Source: a virus (Duplodnaviria > Caudoviricetes). Taken from it: a stretch of 64,000 nucleotides of DNA. Made by a program: the position numbers and the translations under genes. The stretch is from the IMG/VR virus record IMGVR_UViG_3300024058_000001, positions 32,001-96,000 of that record; one strand, written 5' to 3'. Shown here in pieces: positions 1 to 9,171 of the stretch (the stretch's first letter is position 1; the number at the start of each line of letters is the position of its first letter). Below the pieces are notes generated by a model. It was not told where the DNA came from. It was given only the letters and a program-made list of their open reading frames with translations, and made no database searches.

Positions 1-128
1 GATTACACAATCTTCTATTTCATCGTCAGGATCACGACCCTGTGCATCACACACTTTTCTAAATTCACACAATATGCTTTCTAGATTAGATTTTAAGTCA
101 GCATATTTTTGGAATTCTTCCGCCTCGC

Positions 129-449
129 TCATGGCTTCCTCGCCTTGTTTAGGGCTTGCTTGGCCTTAGTGCGTAATAAATCTGCCCATCTTTGTGCCTC
201 TTCATGCTCTGGATAAAAGACATCTCTATTTTTATCTGCTATCCACTCCAACGCCCCCTCAAGCGTAGCAATCCTAGCCTCTGCGGTGGTGAGTTTGGAT
301 TGATATTCTTCTGCTTCCGACCACGGAGGTCTGTTTGCAAACTTCTCAGCCTCGGCCAATCTCTCTCGTAGGTTGGTGCGTTGAGCTTGGAGCTTGGCAA
401 TCAAAGCCTCTTTAACATCTACCGAACCGAATGGACGCTCCTTACTCAT
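129..449 (-). CDS. Hypothetical coiled-coil protein
   Basis: 106-aa ORF; start overlaps stop of 446..628. Confidence 0.6.
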   Translation of the reverse strand: MSKERPFGSVDVKEALIAKLQAQRTNLRERLAEAEKFANRPPWSEAEEYQSKLTTAEARIATLEGALEWIADKNRDVFYPEHEEAQRWADLLRTKAKQALNKARKP

Positions 450-628
450 GATCTCACCTTTAGGGTTAGTTCATTATCAAACATAAACACTGACTTAGCT
501 TCTCCATCTAAGAAATACCTGACCTCATACTGCATTCCAATATGTTGAATCCAAATAGACACTATCCTACCAGGTCTTTCTATCTCGTCTATTACAACTG
601 TATCTCCCATTTTAAATTTAAAGTCCAT
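446..628 (-). CDS. Small SH3/KOW-like beta-barrel phage protein
   Basis: FKFKMGDTVVI...GRIVSI...YEVRY...FDNEL pattern. Confidence 0.55.
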   Translation of the reverse strand: MDFKFKMGDTVVIDEIERPGRIVSIWIQHIGMQYEVRYFLDGEAKSVFMFDNELTLKVRS

Positions 629-872
629 ATCTTATCCTTCGTGATAAATCTCTTTCAAATGTTGCTTTTACTTCAAGCCATATCTTCTCATCCATATCCA
701 TCCCAAGTTTACCATTTGTATCATTGATCTCTTTGATAATAAACCTCTTATCATCATCAGAGAGATTGGCTTCTAGTAATGCCTTGGCAATGGCTGATAC
801 AATGTAAGTGCTTCTGCCTAATGCATAACGAAATGCTGCTATATAAACTAAGTTATCTATGTCTCTAGACAT
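618..872 (-). CDS. Hypothetical phage protein
   Basis: AAFRYALGRSTY motif; AAGGAG RBS. Confidence 0.65.
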   Translation of the reverse strand: MSRDIDNLVYIAAFRYALGRSTYIVSAIAKALLEANLSDDDKRFIIKEINDTNGKLGMDMDEKIWLEVKATFERDLSRRIRYGL

Positions 873-1018
873 TGTGTTCTCCTTGTGTCTTTTACAAATC
901 TTCCACAGCTACATCGTGGTGGATATGGCCAGCCATGCTCAGGACAATTTTGGTTAGGTTCTACTGCCATAATATCACAACTACAGGTTTTATCTTCTTT
1001 GCAAATATGCGCTTCCAT
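857..1018 (-). CDS. Small Cys-rich protein (not in ORF track)
   Basis: Manual translation MEAHICKEDKTCSCDIMAVEPNQNCPEHGWPYPPRCSCGRFVKDTRRTQCLET; GGAGA RBS; first ORF after the promoter at 1078-1106. Confidence 0.6.
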   Translation of the reverse strand: MEAHICKEDKTCSCDIMAVEPNQNCPEHGWPYPPRCSCGRFVKDTRRTQCLET

Positions 1019-1077
1019 TAATTCTCCGTTTATAGCCTTAAGTTTTTTGTATATATTTTATTTATCCCTATAGTACA

Positions 1078-1106
1078 ATTATATCACAATAGACGTGATT
1101 TGTCAA
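1078..1106 (-). promoter_or_regulatory. Consensus sigma70 promoter
   Basis: Minus strand TTGACA-17nt-TATAAT, with an ATCAC-N7-GTGAT inverted repeat over the spacer. Confidence 0.9.
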
Positions 1107-1110
1107 GGGG

Positions 1111-1254
1111 TTATTTATTCCTCCGCTTGCTTTGATCCTTCCTGCCACAGGCTCTACACTTTGACCCTTTACTTACTAATGCTCTGTCGCATGAATAGCA
1201 CCAGTACTTACCTAGTTTTGGTGCTGTTTTCTTTATCCTGTTGCTTTTGTTCAT
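1111..1254 (-). CDS. Small zinc-ribbon protein (not in ORF track)
   Basis: Manual translation MNKSNRIKKTAPKLGKYWCYSCDRALVSKGSKCRACGRKDQSKRRNK (two CxxC). Confidence 0.55.
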   Translation of the reverse strand: MNKSNRIKKTAPKLGKYWCYSCDRALVSKGSKCRACGRKDQSKRRNK

Positions 1255-1432
1255 TTGAATAATCCCAGGTGTACGTATCACCATTAGTAAATGTAATCCT
1301 GCAGTCTTCCTTCTTGTCTCTATGCATAGCTCTATGTCTGGCTATCCCAAGATGATGAAATTCTTTACGACATGTATGGCAATAAGTTGTTGGAAGTGTT
1401 GGCCTGTATGTAAATTCGTTTTCTATTTTCAT
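1208..1432 (-). CDS. C2H2-like zinc finger protein
   Basis: CHTC...HRAMH. Confidence 0.55.
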   Translation of the reverse strand: MKIENEFTYRPTLPTTYCHTCRKEFHHLGIARHRAMHRDKKEDCRITFTNGDTYTWDYSNEQKQQDKENSTKTR

Positions 1433-1626
1433 TTCTTTATATCGTCCTTCTTAGCCTTTTCTGCATGAAAATGCTGCTTACATAGGCTCTTACCGTTGTA
1501 CATGAAGTGTGCAGCATTACATTCGATGCACTCTACGCATATAAACGATGTGGTTAATCGACATGGTACTGCATTATCCATATCTGAATTACCTATATTC
1601 ATACCATCTTTAGGATCAATCATCAT
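1429..1626 (-). CDS. Small Cys/His-rich hypothetical protein
   Basis: CIEC...CKQH; overlapping starts and stops with neighbours. Confidence 0.5.
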   Translation of the reverse strand: MMIDPKDGMNIGNSDMDNAVPCRLTTSFICVECIECNAAHFMYNGKSLCKQHFHAEKAKKDDIKK

Positions 1627-1958
1627 GATTTATCCATATCTTCAATTGTCTTACCCAGTGCTTCACTGCCTTCGTTAATCTCTTTATCACAATTGCGCCC
1701 ATATTCACGAAGTAACCCAACACACGGCCTAAGTGCTTCATTCTTAATAGCTATCAATTTATGCAGCCTAACAATTTCATCTTCGTATGTTTTTCTAATT
1801 TGCTCTATTTCTTCGCTCATTGCTTTCTCCTTAAGCTTGGATTTAAACCATTTGAATACATTATCCGTATCTGCCACCATTATACGTTTAACTGATTTGC
1901 TATCCAGTGTATCAGAGATAACAAACTTATCATAAAATTGCTTCTTAAGACTTTTCAT
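1623..1958 (-). CDS. Hypothetical protein
   Basis: 111-aa ORF coupled to neighbours. Confidence 0.55.
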   Translation of the reverse strand: MKSLKKQFYDKFVISDTLDSKSVKRIMVADTDNVFKWFKSKLKEKAMSEEIEQIRKTYEDEIVRLHKLIAIKNEALRPCVGLLREYGRNCDKEINEGSEALGKTIEDMDKS

Positions 1959-2434
1959 TTGTTTTTCCTCAATTGAGAGTTATATCGAATAAGTGTTTTA
2001 ATATTAACAGGCTTAAAATCCCAAACATCGACGCCTACGTTAACGATAGTGCCTTTATGCTTCCATTTCTCATGCACGTGACCACATAGTTGTAAATCAT
2101 AATATGGCTTTGAATCCGCTGGATAGTGTGCCATATGTACTTTAACACCAAATCCTTCATATACTATCTCTTTAGGGAATGACTTAAACAATTGATTCTT
2201 ATCATGATTACCCCAAATAAAAATTTTATATCCTTTGAGCCTACTAATCCAACTTGCTACATCTTTGTGAAAACAAAAGTCACCTAAGAAATAGGTTGTA
2301 TCATCTGCATCTACAAGTTTATTAAAATTTGCAATAAGAGCTTGATCCATCTCATCGGCTGACGTAAACGGCCTATCGCAATACTTTATAATGTTATCAT
2401 GACCTAGATGCCAATCAGATGTAAACCAAATCAT
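1955..2434 (-). CDS. Calcineurin-like metallophosphoesterase
   Basis: SDWHLGH, LGDF, GNHD, HYP, GHVH motifs. Confidence 0.9.
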   Translation of the reverse strand: MIWFTSDWHLGHDNIIKYCDRPFTSADEMDQALIANFNKLVDADDTTYFLGDFCFHKDVASWISRLKGYKIFIWGNHDKNQLFKSFPKEIVYEGFGVKVHMAHYPADSKPYYDLQLCGHVHEKWKHKGTIVNVGVDVWDFKPVNIKTLIRYNSQLRKNK

Positions 2435-2861
2435 TTTTTATCCCTTTCTGTTGTTTTAATATGCCATCCCCATAAACAATTAGTACATACCCAATACATG
2501 GTGTCTGGCATTTTGGCTCTCTTATCTATGCCTTCTGTTGCGCCACAATTAGGACATTTATGCTGTGGCCTTTTCTGATCGTTCATTTTATGTACAAAGT
2601 AATGCTAACAATAAAAGAAACCACCACTTTGTTCCTGAATACAGATATAATGACACAGCAAGTGCTATTGTAATCATACTAAGTAGCCAGTCTTTCATGA
2701 TCTTTTTTTTCTTTTTCTTTTTATTCTCACAAGCTCAGGTGGTGCACAAACGTTACACTGGCCACAACTATCATATTCACATTGTTTACAATGCGGTGCG
2801 CTGCATACCATACATTCATATGAAGCTATTCGCTTAGAATGTTCAATGCAATATTGTTTGT

Positions 2862-3401
2862 TCATACTTTTACCTTCTCTCCAACCTCTTTTATGAAGTA
2901 ATACCCATCTCTAATTAGCGTTACATAATCAAGCTTGCATACTTCGCGTGAATCAAAGGGAATCGTTATATAATGCCACCCACTAGGAGATTTATGAGAC
3001 TTCATTAAATTCCCCATTGGAATTCTTTTAGATATTTCGTATAATTTATTTTTGTCCTCTGTGTCGATATCAAGCATGAACTGCTTTTGTCCATAGATAC
3101 ATTCTTTTTGTAACAGGGCAGTACGCCATTGAGAATCAACATAAGAGGCCATTTCAGGATGATAAATAAGTTGCGCCATAAGAACCTTCAGGGCCTTCTG
3201 TACATCCCTTGCATTAACTGTTCGATGAATACGCCAATATCCACCCTTTTGCTTCAGGATAGCTTCCAAGCGATCTACCTCATCACCATATCCTTTATCT
3301 ACTGTGCGTATGCACTGGGATTTCTCTCCATGTGTAGGTCTTGCTAAAGCAAGTAAAATATGTACATAATCCGTTTCTATACGAACTTCTCTGTTACTCA
3401 T
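2862..3401 (-). CDS. Hypothetical protein, possible AEP (primase-polymerase) fold
   Basis: FMLDIDT and KSPSGWH resemble AEP motifs I and II. Confidence 0.4.
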   Translation of the reverse strand: MSNREVRIETDYVHILLALARPTHGEKSQCIRTVDKGYGDEVDRLEAILKQKGGYWRIHRTVNARDVQKALKVLMAQLIYHPEMASYVDSQWRTALLQKECIYGQKQFMLDIDTEDKNKLYEISKRIPMGNLMKSHKSPSGWHYITIPFDSREVCKLDYVTLIRDGYYFIKEVGEKVKV

Positions 3402-3598
3402 GACTTAAATATATCCTTTTTTAGTTTCTCTTTGTAATCGTCAAGACTAAGAGAACCATCAGGATTTAAAGAATCTTCGTACCATTCCCAATTGTCAACA
3501 CCACCAACTTCTAATCTATCAAGTTCTTCCTGGGCACATTTAAGGGAAAGGTATTCTTCCTTTGTTATTGTTATATCTTCACTCATATAATCCACCAA
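3398..3598 (-). CDS. Conserved small phage protein
   Basis: LEVGGVDNWEWY motif. Confidence 0.6.
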   Translation of the reverse strand: MVDYMSEDITITKEEYLSLKCAQEELDRLEVGGVDNWEWYEDSLNPDGSLSLDDYKEKLKKDIFKS

Positions 3599-3848
3599 AT
3601 ATGTATACCATATTACTCATGATTTATCCTTTCTTACGCTTGCAATGTAAACAATGCAAAAGCACAGCTATGTATATAACTAATGCGTGTAATATAGCAT
3701 GTGAAATAAAGCCTATGATTACTAATGCTATCCCATTCATAATTTCTCCTTTTTAGCTCTATCACTTTCTTTTCTTAGCTCTCTAAAAATATCTAAAATA
3801 CCATATGTGCCTTTAGGTAGCTTCTTAGCCTTAGTTGATAGTGTTACT

Positions 3849-4124
3849 TTAGCTTTGTTCATCTTCATCTCCAATCTTCGATATAGTTCTTTTATATTCA
3901 GATATTGGCATCTTTCGTTGTGCTTCTTTTGGCAATACATATTCTATCCATGTGCTACATCTAGAACAAGAACTATAAAATCGTTTTACTTGCCAATATT
4001 CTAATTTCTCTAAATCACATGGCCCGTCTTTACTTTGAAATCCATCAATGTTGTACTTGCAATTAGGGCACTTAATCTTAAAGTTAATATAGTCGAACAT
4101 AGACATAGTAACCACCCACCACAA
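3849..4124 (-). CDS. Zinc-ribbon protein (probable start at MSMFDY)
   Basis: CPNC...FQSKDGPC...CSRC. Confidence 0.55.
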   Translation of the reverse strand: MWWVVTMSMFDYINFKIKCPNCKYNIDGFQSKDGPCDLEKLEYWQVKRFYSSCSRCSTWIEYVLPKEAQRKMPISEYKRTISKIGDEDEQS

Positions 4125-4410
4125 TTACTATAAGGCTTACTACTTTAATTATTAACCAGAATGCTAAAACTGCAAACATTTTAGTTTTATTAGTATAATA
4201 CATGTTATAATCAGGCACTTTATACAAATTGTTTACATCTCCACTATGATAATATAATTCTGCTTTCCATTCAGGATAATCTTTTGTAACATCCCCTCGT
4301 TTACATTTGACATTTTGCACACCCCAACATGATTCTCGTTTATACCAACCCACATTAGGTAACTTTACTATATGCTTTGCGATGAACTCGTCCATCTGTT
4401 TATTATTCAT
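4084..4410 (-). CDS. Hypothetical membrane protein
   Basis: C-terminal hydrophobic helix. Confidence 0.5.
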   Translation of the reverse strand: MNNKQMDEFIAKHIVKLPNVGWYKRESCWGVQNVKCKRGDVTKDYPEWKAELYYHSGDVNNLYKVPDYNMYYTNKTKMFAVLAFWLIIKVVSLIVIVVGGYYVYVRLY

Positions 4411-4699
4411 TGTCTTTTAGCTCCCTGTATTGTGCATCTTCAACATCGACTTTATCATAAGTTTTTTCAAATATTTCGTTCTTACATGGATAAAACTCTC
4501 CCTGTATACCTTTAATAATCCACCATGTTGGAGGACAGCCCATAATCCCTTCAATAGTTTTTATAAATGTTCTAGGAGATTCTTGATAATCATAAAAGAA
4601 ACTTTCTCCTGCAAATTTTCTACATTCATCAAATGATTCTTTAGTTCCTTTAAATTGTACTGCTTCAATTACTACAGGTTTCTTTCTATATAGAGCCAT
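4403..4699 (-). CDS. Conserved phage protein (RKKPVVIEA family)
   Basis: YRKKPVVIEAVQF...WIIKGIQGEFYPCKNEIFEKTY. Confidence 0.75.
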   Translation of the reverse strand: MALYRKKPVVIEAVQFKGTKESFDECRKFAGESFFYDYQESPRTFIKTIEGIMGCPPTWWIIKGIQGEFYPCKNEIFEKTYDKVDVEDAQYRELKDNE

Positions 4700-5041
4700 T
4701 ATAGCATCTCCTCAAATAACTTTCTAAATGGTTTACACATTTTGTCCAAACGTTTTTCTATTTCTTTTCTAGCTTCTTTACCTTCTTTTACTTCGCGTTT
4801 AATATATGTATGCCCATTTTTGTATTTGATTTCTTGGCTAATAAATATAGCTTCATTTTTTATTCGTGATCGCATTTAATTCATTCTCCCCACAATTTTC
4901 TTTAGCCTAGATTTTGATAAGTTAAATTCCACATGTTTGTGATCTATGTATACAACAACAGTAACACTTTTTGGATTTTCATAGTACCAAATATCTTCAG
5001 TTATTTTCTTTGGAACTCGTCTATAATATGGCATATCTTTG

Positions 5042-5314
5042 TTATTTCTCGTCGTCATTTTGAGCCTCCACAAACAATATTTTTAAATCATTCAAAGCTT
5101 TACTAATTGCTTCTGCTTTATTCTTTTCTGATAGTATATCATCTTTGTACTTTACTAAGATTAGTCTGATTTTCTCGGTGTATTCAACGATATTAACACT
5201 TACCTTTTTATCAGATAGTTCACTTAGCCATAAAGCTAAACGATACTTATTAGTAACAGTAAGCGGAGTCCCTGTCTTTATACGATTGATTACATCCAGT
5301 ATCTTATTGTTCAT
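5042..5314 (-). CDS. Hypothetical protein
   Basis: 90-aa ORF in operon. Confidence 0.5.
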   Translation of the reverse strand: MNNKILDVINRIKTGTPLTVTNKYRLALWLSELSDKKVSVNIVEYTEKIRLILVKYKDDILSEKNKAEAISKALNDLKILFVEAQNDDEK

Positions 5315-5517
5315 TCTTGTGTACCTACAATAGTAATTAAGCCATATCTTTTGCAGTCTTCTCTTTGACAGAACATCAAAGGATTGCCAGTATAAGTATT
5401 ATTATTGACTAAGATATGGCTACATTCGATGCACTTCATTTTTATATTGTGACCGCTTAAGCCAGGTCTTATAACCTTAGTTTTAGGTAAATTTAAATGT
5501 CTATTTAGTTTCTTCAT
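5311..5517 (-). CDS. Small zinc-binding hypothetical protein
   Basis: CIEC...CQREDC. Confidence 0.5.
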   Translation of the reverse strand: MKKLNRHLNLPKTKVIRPGLSGHNIKMKCIECSHILVNNNTYTGNPLMFCQREDCKRYGLITIVGTQE

Positions 5518-5553
5518 TATTCATTATCTCCTGTTAATTGTATAGTTTCACAT

Positions 5554-6438
5554 TTAGGACAAATTATCTTGTACATGAATTTCTCCTCCATGTCCTTGTA
5601 CTTCATAGTATAAATAGTCTACTCTTACTCTATGATATTCCTTGCCCCATTTGTTTGATTCGCTTACTTCCATGAAGCGATTAAAGTTCTCTTTCGCTTC
5701 ATACACCCTAAATTGCGAAGGTGGATGTGCGCTAAAAAAGTGTATAAAATCAGGTAACTTGTCTATTGGTATTGTGGCCAATTTCTCATTATATTTTATT
5801 ACTGCTTCTGCTGGATAACCTAGCTTTGACAAATAATTCATTGCTCTACCATCTGCCTCTACTTCGGCACTTTTACTAAATTGTTGCTTAATATAAGGAG
5901 AGCTTACTTCAAAACCTGATAACATACCTGATGCTGCACCTGCAGCAGATCCTAAATATCCACCTGTTGCACTAAGTCCAATTTTTGCAATTTTGTTTAT
6001 TTTAAACTTTTTTCCCTTTTTACCTGATTGATAACGTAATGCAGTAGTATGTCCTATTTCATGAGCTAACACTGCAGCAAGCTCTGCTTTTGAATCTATA
6101 AAAGAAAATAGCCCTGTTGATATATAGATATAACCACCAGGAAAAGCAAATGCTTCTACTCTTGGTTCTTTTATTACAAAGAATTGCCAAGGTAGATGAG
6201 GGCGTTCACTTATCCTAGCGATATCTTTGCCCACTTTGGTTACATAATCATTAATTATTTCATCTTCAATAAATACGACATCTTTTTTAAATTGTTTACT
6301 TTGATCTACACCTGACCTAATTTCTTCTAAATCATACATATTAAGAGGAATATCATCACTAATAATACGCATTCTTTTATCTGTACATCCTAATAATAAA
6401 AAACTTACAATTAACATTACTAATAAAAGCATTCGCAT
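5554..6438 (-). CDS. M48-family zinc metallopeptidase lipoprotein (BepA/LoiP-like)
   Basis: Lipobox LLLGC; AFAFPGGYIYISTGL; ELAAVLAHEIGH; FSKSAEVEADG; FFSAHP. Confidence 0.9.
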   Translation of the reverse strand: MRMLLLVMLIVSFLLLGCTDKRMRIISDDIPLNMYDLEEIRSGVDQSKQFKKDVVFIEDEIINDYVTKVGKDIARISERPHLPWQFFVIKEPRVEAFAFPGGYIYISTGLFSFIDSKAELAAVLAHEIGHTTALRYQSGKKGKKFKINKIAKIGLSATGGYLGSAAGAASGMLSGFEVSSPYIKQQFSKSAEVEADGRAMNYLSKLGYPAEAVIKYNEKLATIPIDKLPDFIHFFSAHPPSQFRVYEAKENFNRFMEVSESNKWGKEYHRVRVDYLYYEVQGHGGEIHVQDNLS

Positions 6439-6440
6439 TA

Positions 6441-6701
6441 TTAGTATGCCTTATGTAATAAATCTATTAAATGTTGTATCTTTGTAAAAAAAGATGATTC
6501 TCCAGTATCTTGAATAATATAAGGACTAACCTGTCCATCTAATGTTAAATGAGAAGTAAGAGTTAATGTATATTCACCGTTAATTTCAGTTAATGTAATT
6601 GTAGGTACTAATAAGCTAGAGTCATATCGCCTACGATAATGTTCTTTTGCCTCTTCTAAAATAAAATCTGCTTTTCTTTGCATAAAAGTAATAAAATCCA
6701 T
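6441..6701 (-). CDS. Hypothetical protein
   Basis: 86-aa ORF, coupled to neighbour. Confidence 0.5.
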   Translation of the reverse strand: MDFITFMQRKADFILEEAKEHYRRRYDSSLLVPTITLTEINGEYTLTLTSHLTLDGQVSPYIIQDTGESSFFTKIQHLIDLLHKAY

Positions 6702-6913
6702 TATATAACACCCATCTCTTTGTTTAAATATTGTTCTATATCATTAAGAGTAATTAAAGAATCAGACAAATTATACCTATCATTCTGTCCAGGAATATCA
6801 AAGTCAAGACGTTCTAATTCTGCTATAGCATCGTGGAGTTGTCCCATTATCTTGAATATCTTATTACGCTTAATCCTAACAAATTTAGAAATAGATAGTT
6901 TTTTATTTTTCAT
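6701..6913 (-). CDS. Hypothetical protein
   Basis: 70-aa ORF with AGGAG RBS. Confidence 0.55.
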   Translation of the reverse strand: MKNKKLSISKFVRIKRNKIFKIMGQLHDAIAELERLDFDIPGQNDRYNLSDSLITLNDIEQYLNKEMGVI

Positions 6914-6967
6914 GATTTAGCTCCTGTAGTTTATTTTTGTAACTTATTCTACCACAATTTAGTACTA

Positions 6968-7507
6968 TCATACCTTATCCAAGCAACATTTCTTGTATTT
7001 TTTACCACTGCCACAAATACAAGGATCATTGCGTCCTATTCTTAATACATTCTTTATTGTTCCGCATATAGCATGATCAAAATAAAGAATACCATTTGTA
7101 TGATCGATCTCATGCTGTATAACAACTGCTTCTATATCTTCTACCATAGATTTATGTTCTTCTAATTCTTCGTCTTGGTATGTAAAAGTAACATGTTTAT
7201 ATCTATCTGTTTGCTTTGACTTCTTAGGAAAACTCAAACATCCTTCTTTAGAAAATACAAATGGTTCTTCTCTGCTTACTATCTGTGCATTACATGCAAA
7301 CAGCCATTGACCTGAAGGAAACTTTACTAAAAATGCTTGTCTATGTATCCCAATTTGTGGTGCAGATACTCCATATGCTCCTTCTTTAGGAAACATCCCC
7401 AGTAATGCTTCTTTTAAGTCTGTTGCTTGCTCCTTGGTTTCCACTGGTTTGCAAGTCTGTCGTAAGAATTCTTCGCTGTAAAGTGGGAACTGCTTTAGTT
7501 TTATCAC
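6968..7507 (-). CDS. def: Peptide deformylase with C-terminal SEC-C zinc motif
   Basis: AYGVSAPQIG, EGCLS, QHEIDH; C-terminus GRNDPCICGSGKKYKKCC. Confidence 0.93.
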   Translation of the reverse strand: MIKLKQFPLYSEEFLRQTCKPVETKEQATDLKEALLGMFPKEGAYGVSAPQIGIHRQAFLVKFPSGQWLFACNAQIVSREEPFVFSKEGCLSFPKKSKQTDRYKHVTFTYQDEELEEHKSMVEDIEAVVIQHEIDHTNGILYFDHAICGTIKNVLRIGRNDPCICGSGKKYKKCCLDKV

Positions 7508-7727
7508 GTATTACATCCTCGTTTTGCTGTTCATTTACTATATTCTTTACTCGTATAACGAATAATGTATTTCTAATTTGGGGATCGTTCTTTATCTTAT
7601 ATATTATTTTATTCGTCATATCTCTTATTTCATTAGCTTCTTCAAGTCTATTAAAATTAACATTGCACCCGACACACATAATGCATAATGCTAACAATAT
7701 AGTTAATACGTTAGTCTTCTTCATCAA
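7386..7727 (-). CDS. Putative lipoprotein
   Basis: Signal with lipobox-like CVGC; 3' end overlaps def by ~120 nt, so the C-terminus is uncertain. Confidence 0.5.
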   Translation of the reverse strand: MMKKTNVLTILLALCIMCVGCNVNFNRLEEANEIRDMTNKIIYKIKNDPQIRNTLFVIRVKNIVNEQQNEDVIRDKTKAVPTLQRRILTTDLQTSGNQGASNRLKRSITGDVS

Positions 7728-7913
7728 CAGAAAACTCAGTATCCAAGAACTTTTCTAAAAGCTCTTTTAAGTAATGTTGTTTTTCATATCCACAAAGTTT
7801 ATAATGCCGTCTTATATCTATCTTTAAATCATTAAGATCATTAAGATTTTTTTCCATCTTTTTTCTCCTTCACCTTTTTTTGATTAGCTTCTTCAAGTCG
7901 ATCAAAATTAACA
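7632..7913. repeat. 31-bp direct repeat (7632-7662 / 7883-7913)
   Basis: attagcttcttcaagtc(ta tt/ga tc)aaaattaaca, 2 mismatches. Confidence 0.8.
7711..7857 (-). CDS. Small hypothetical protein (not in ORF track)
   Basis: MEKNLNDLNDLKIDIRRHYKLCGYEKQHYLKELLEKFLDTEFSVDEED; AAGGAG RBS. Confidence 0.5.
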   Translation of the reverse strand: MEKNLNDLNDLKIDIRRHYKLCGYEKQHYLKELLEKFLDTEFSVDEED

Positions 7914-7930
7914 CTAATAGACTAACTAAA

Positions 7931-8485
7931 CTATGAATTAGGGTCAATCTCACATTTGCCTTTTTTATGATCCTCTTCAAACTTCTTATTGAATTTATCA
8001 AACAGCACTCTTTGGTCACGTATTTGTATGCACACATTTTTTATTACTGCATCTAAATCAATAAAATCTTCATCTGGAGGAGGTTTTGGTATTGAAGTTG
8101 CTACAAATACAATATCATTACCTTTACTTTTACGTGGTACATTCCACGCATCAAATTCTTTCATTCCTGGCAATATCTTGTAGAGTATCTTGCGTATATC
8201 TTCTAAGCTTAGATTAGCCATACCAAACTTATCCCATTTAATATCCTGTTTTAAGCATGCATCTAACCAGCCAATAACACGCTCTAAACCTTGAGGAAAT
8301 GCATAAGGAGACTGCCTAACAGCAGTCCATGCTAATGCCCCTGTAATATCTTTTCTAAAGGTAATACGTTTTTCTTTCCATGTACTGTTTTGTTGATTAG
8401 GTACATCTTTTAACACAGCTTTTATCTCCTTAAGTAAACTATCAGGATTCTTTATGTTTACAATTGGATATTTTTTTCTATTCAT
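7931..8485 (-). CDS. Hypothetical protein
   Basis: 184-aa ORF directly after the promoter at 8506-8534, with RBS. Confidence 0.7.
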   Translation of the reverse strand: MNRKKYPIVNIKNPDSLLKEIKAVLKDVPNQQNSTWKEKRITFRKDITGALAWTAVRQSPYAFPQGLERVIGWLDACLKQDIKWDKFGMANLSLEDIRKILYKILPGMKEFDAWNVPRKSKGNDIVFVATSIPKPPPDEDFIDLDAVIKNVCIQIRDQRVLFDKFNKKFEEDHKKGKCEIDPNS

Positions 8486-8505
8486 GTTTATCCTTCCTTA
8501 TTAGT

Positions 8506-8534
8506 AGTATAACACAGAAGACTGTACTTGTCAA
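8506..8534 (-). promoter_or_regulatory. Sigma70 promoter
   Basis: TTGACA-17nt-TATACT with extended -10 TG. Confidence 0.85.
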
Positions 8535-8797
8535 GCTACTATTATCCAAAAATTAGAATCTTTTGAGCTAAATCAATAGCCTGGTTTAAAAGAGTAAGTG
8601 TTATTCCCACAGCTTTTGGTGCTAACTTCAATAGTGACCATAACATGTGTAATCCTCCTTATAAAGGCTTTAATTTATCCTTGTTTGTCTTAAATTTATC
8701 TGTACGACCTGTTTTAAGCATATCTTGTATATCTTCTTTAATCATTTTAATAAGTTCTTGAATAAGTTCTTTAGGTGTATCAAAGACTATATGGCGT

Positions 8798-9166
8798 TCA
8801 TAAACTATGCGTTTCATTAGTGCCACCTTGTTTAAGCCGTATATGTGCAAATGCAGACGATTTATTATTAGACTTCGGTTTGTTATGTTTTCTTACAAAT
8901 TGCTTCGTTTTAGGCTTTTCAATAGCTTTTATATCAAGATTTGAATTCCTATATATGCTACCTTTATAGTTATCAGCACTACCACCTGGGCCATACATTA
9001 TGTCCAATGTTTGATTAAGATCCTTTGTCAAATTAAACCAATAATCAAATTTCTTTTTCCACTTCTTATAATGAGCAGGATATCTAAGCTTAATTAATTT
9101 CTCTTCTATTGCAATCCTGAGTTGATCATGTAATTGAGTATTAAATGATGTATGAGTTTTTTTCAT
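8798..9166 (-). CDS. Hypothetical basic protein
   Basis: 122-aa ORF. Confidence 0.55.
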   Translation of the reverse strand: MKKTHTSFNTQLHDQLRIAIEEKLIKLRYPAHYKKWKKKFDYWFNLTKDLNQTLDIMYGPGGSADNYKGSIYRNSNLDIKAIEKPKTKQFVRKHNKPKSNNKSSAFAHIRLKQGGTNETHSL

Positions 9167-9171
9167 AATGT

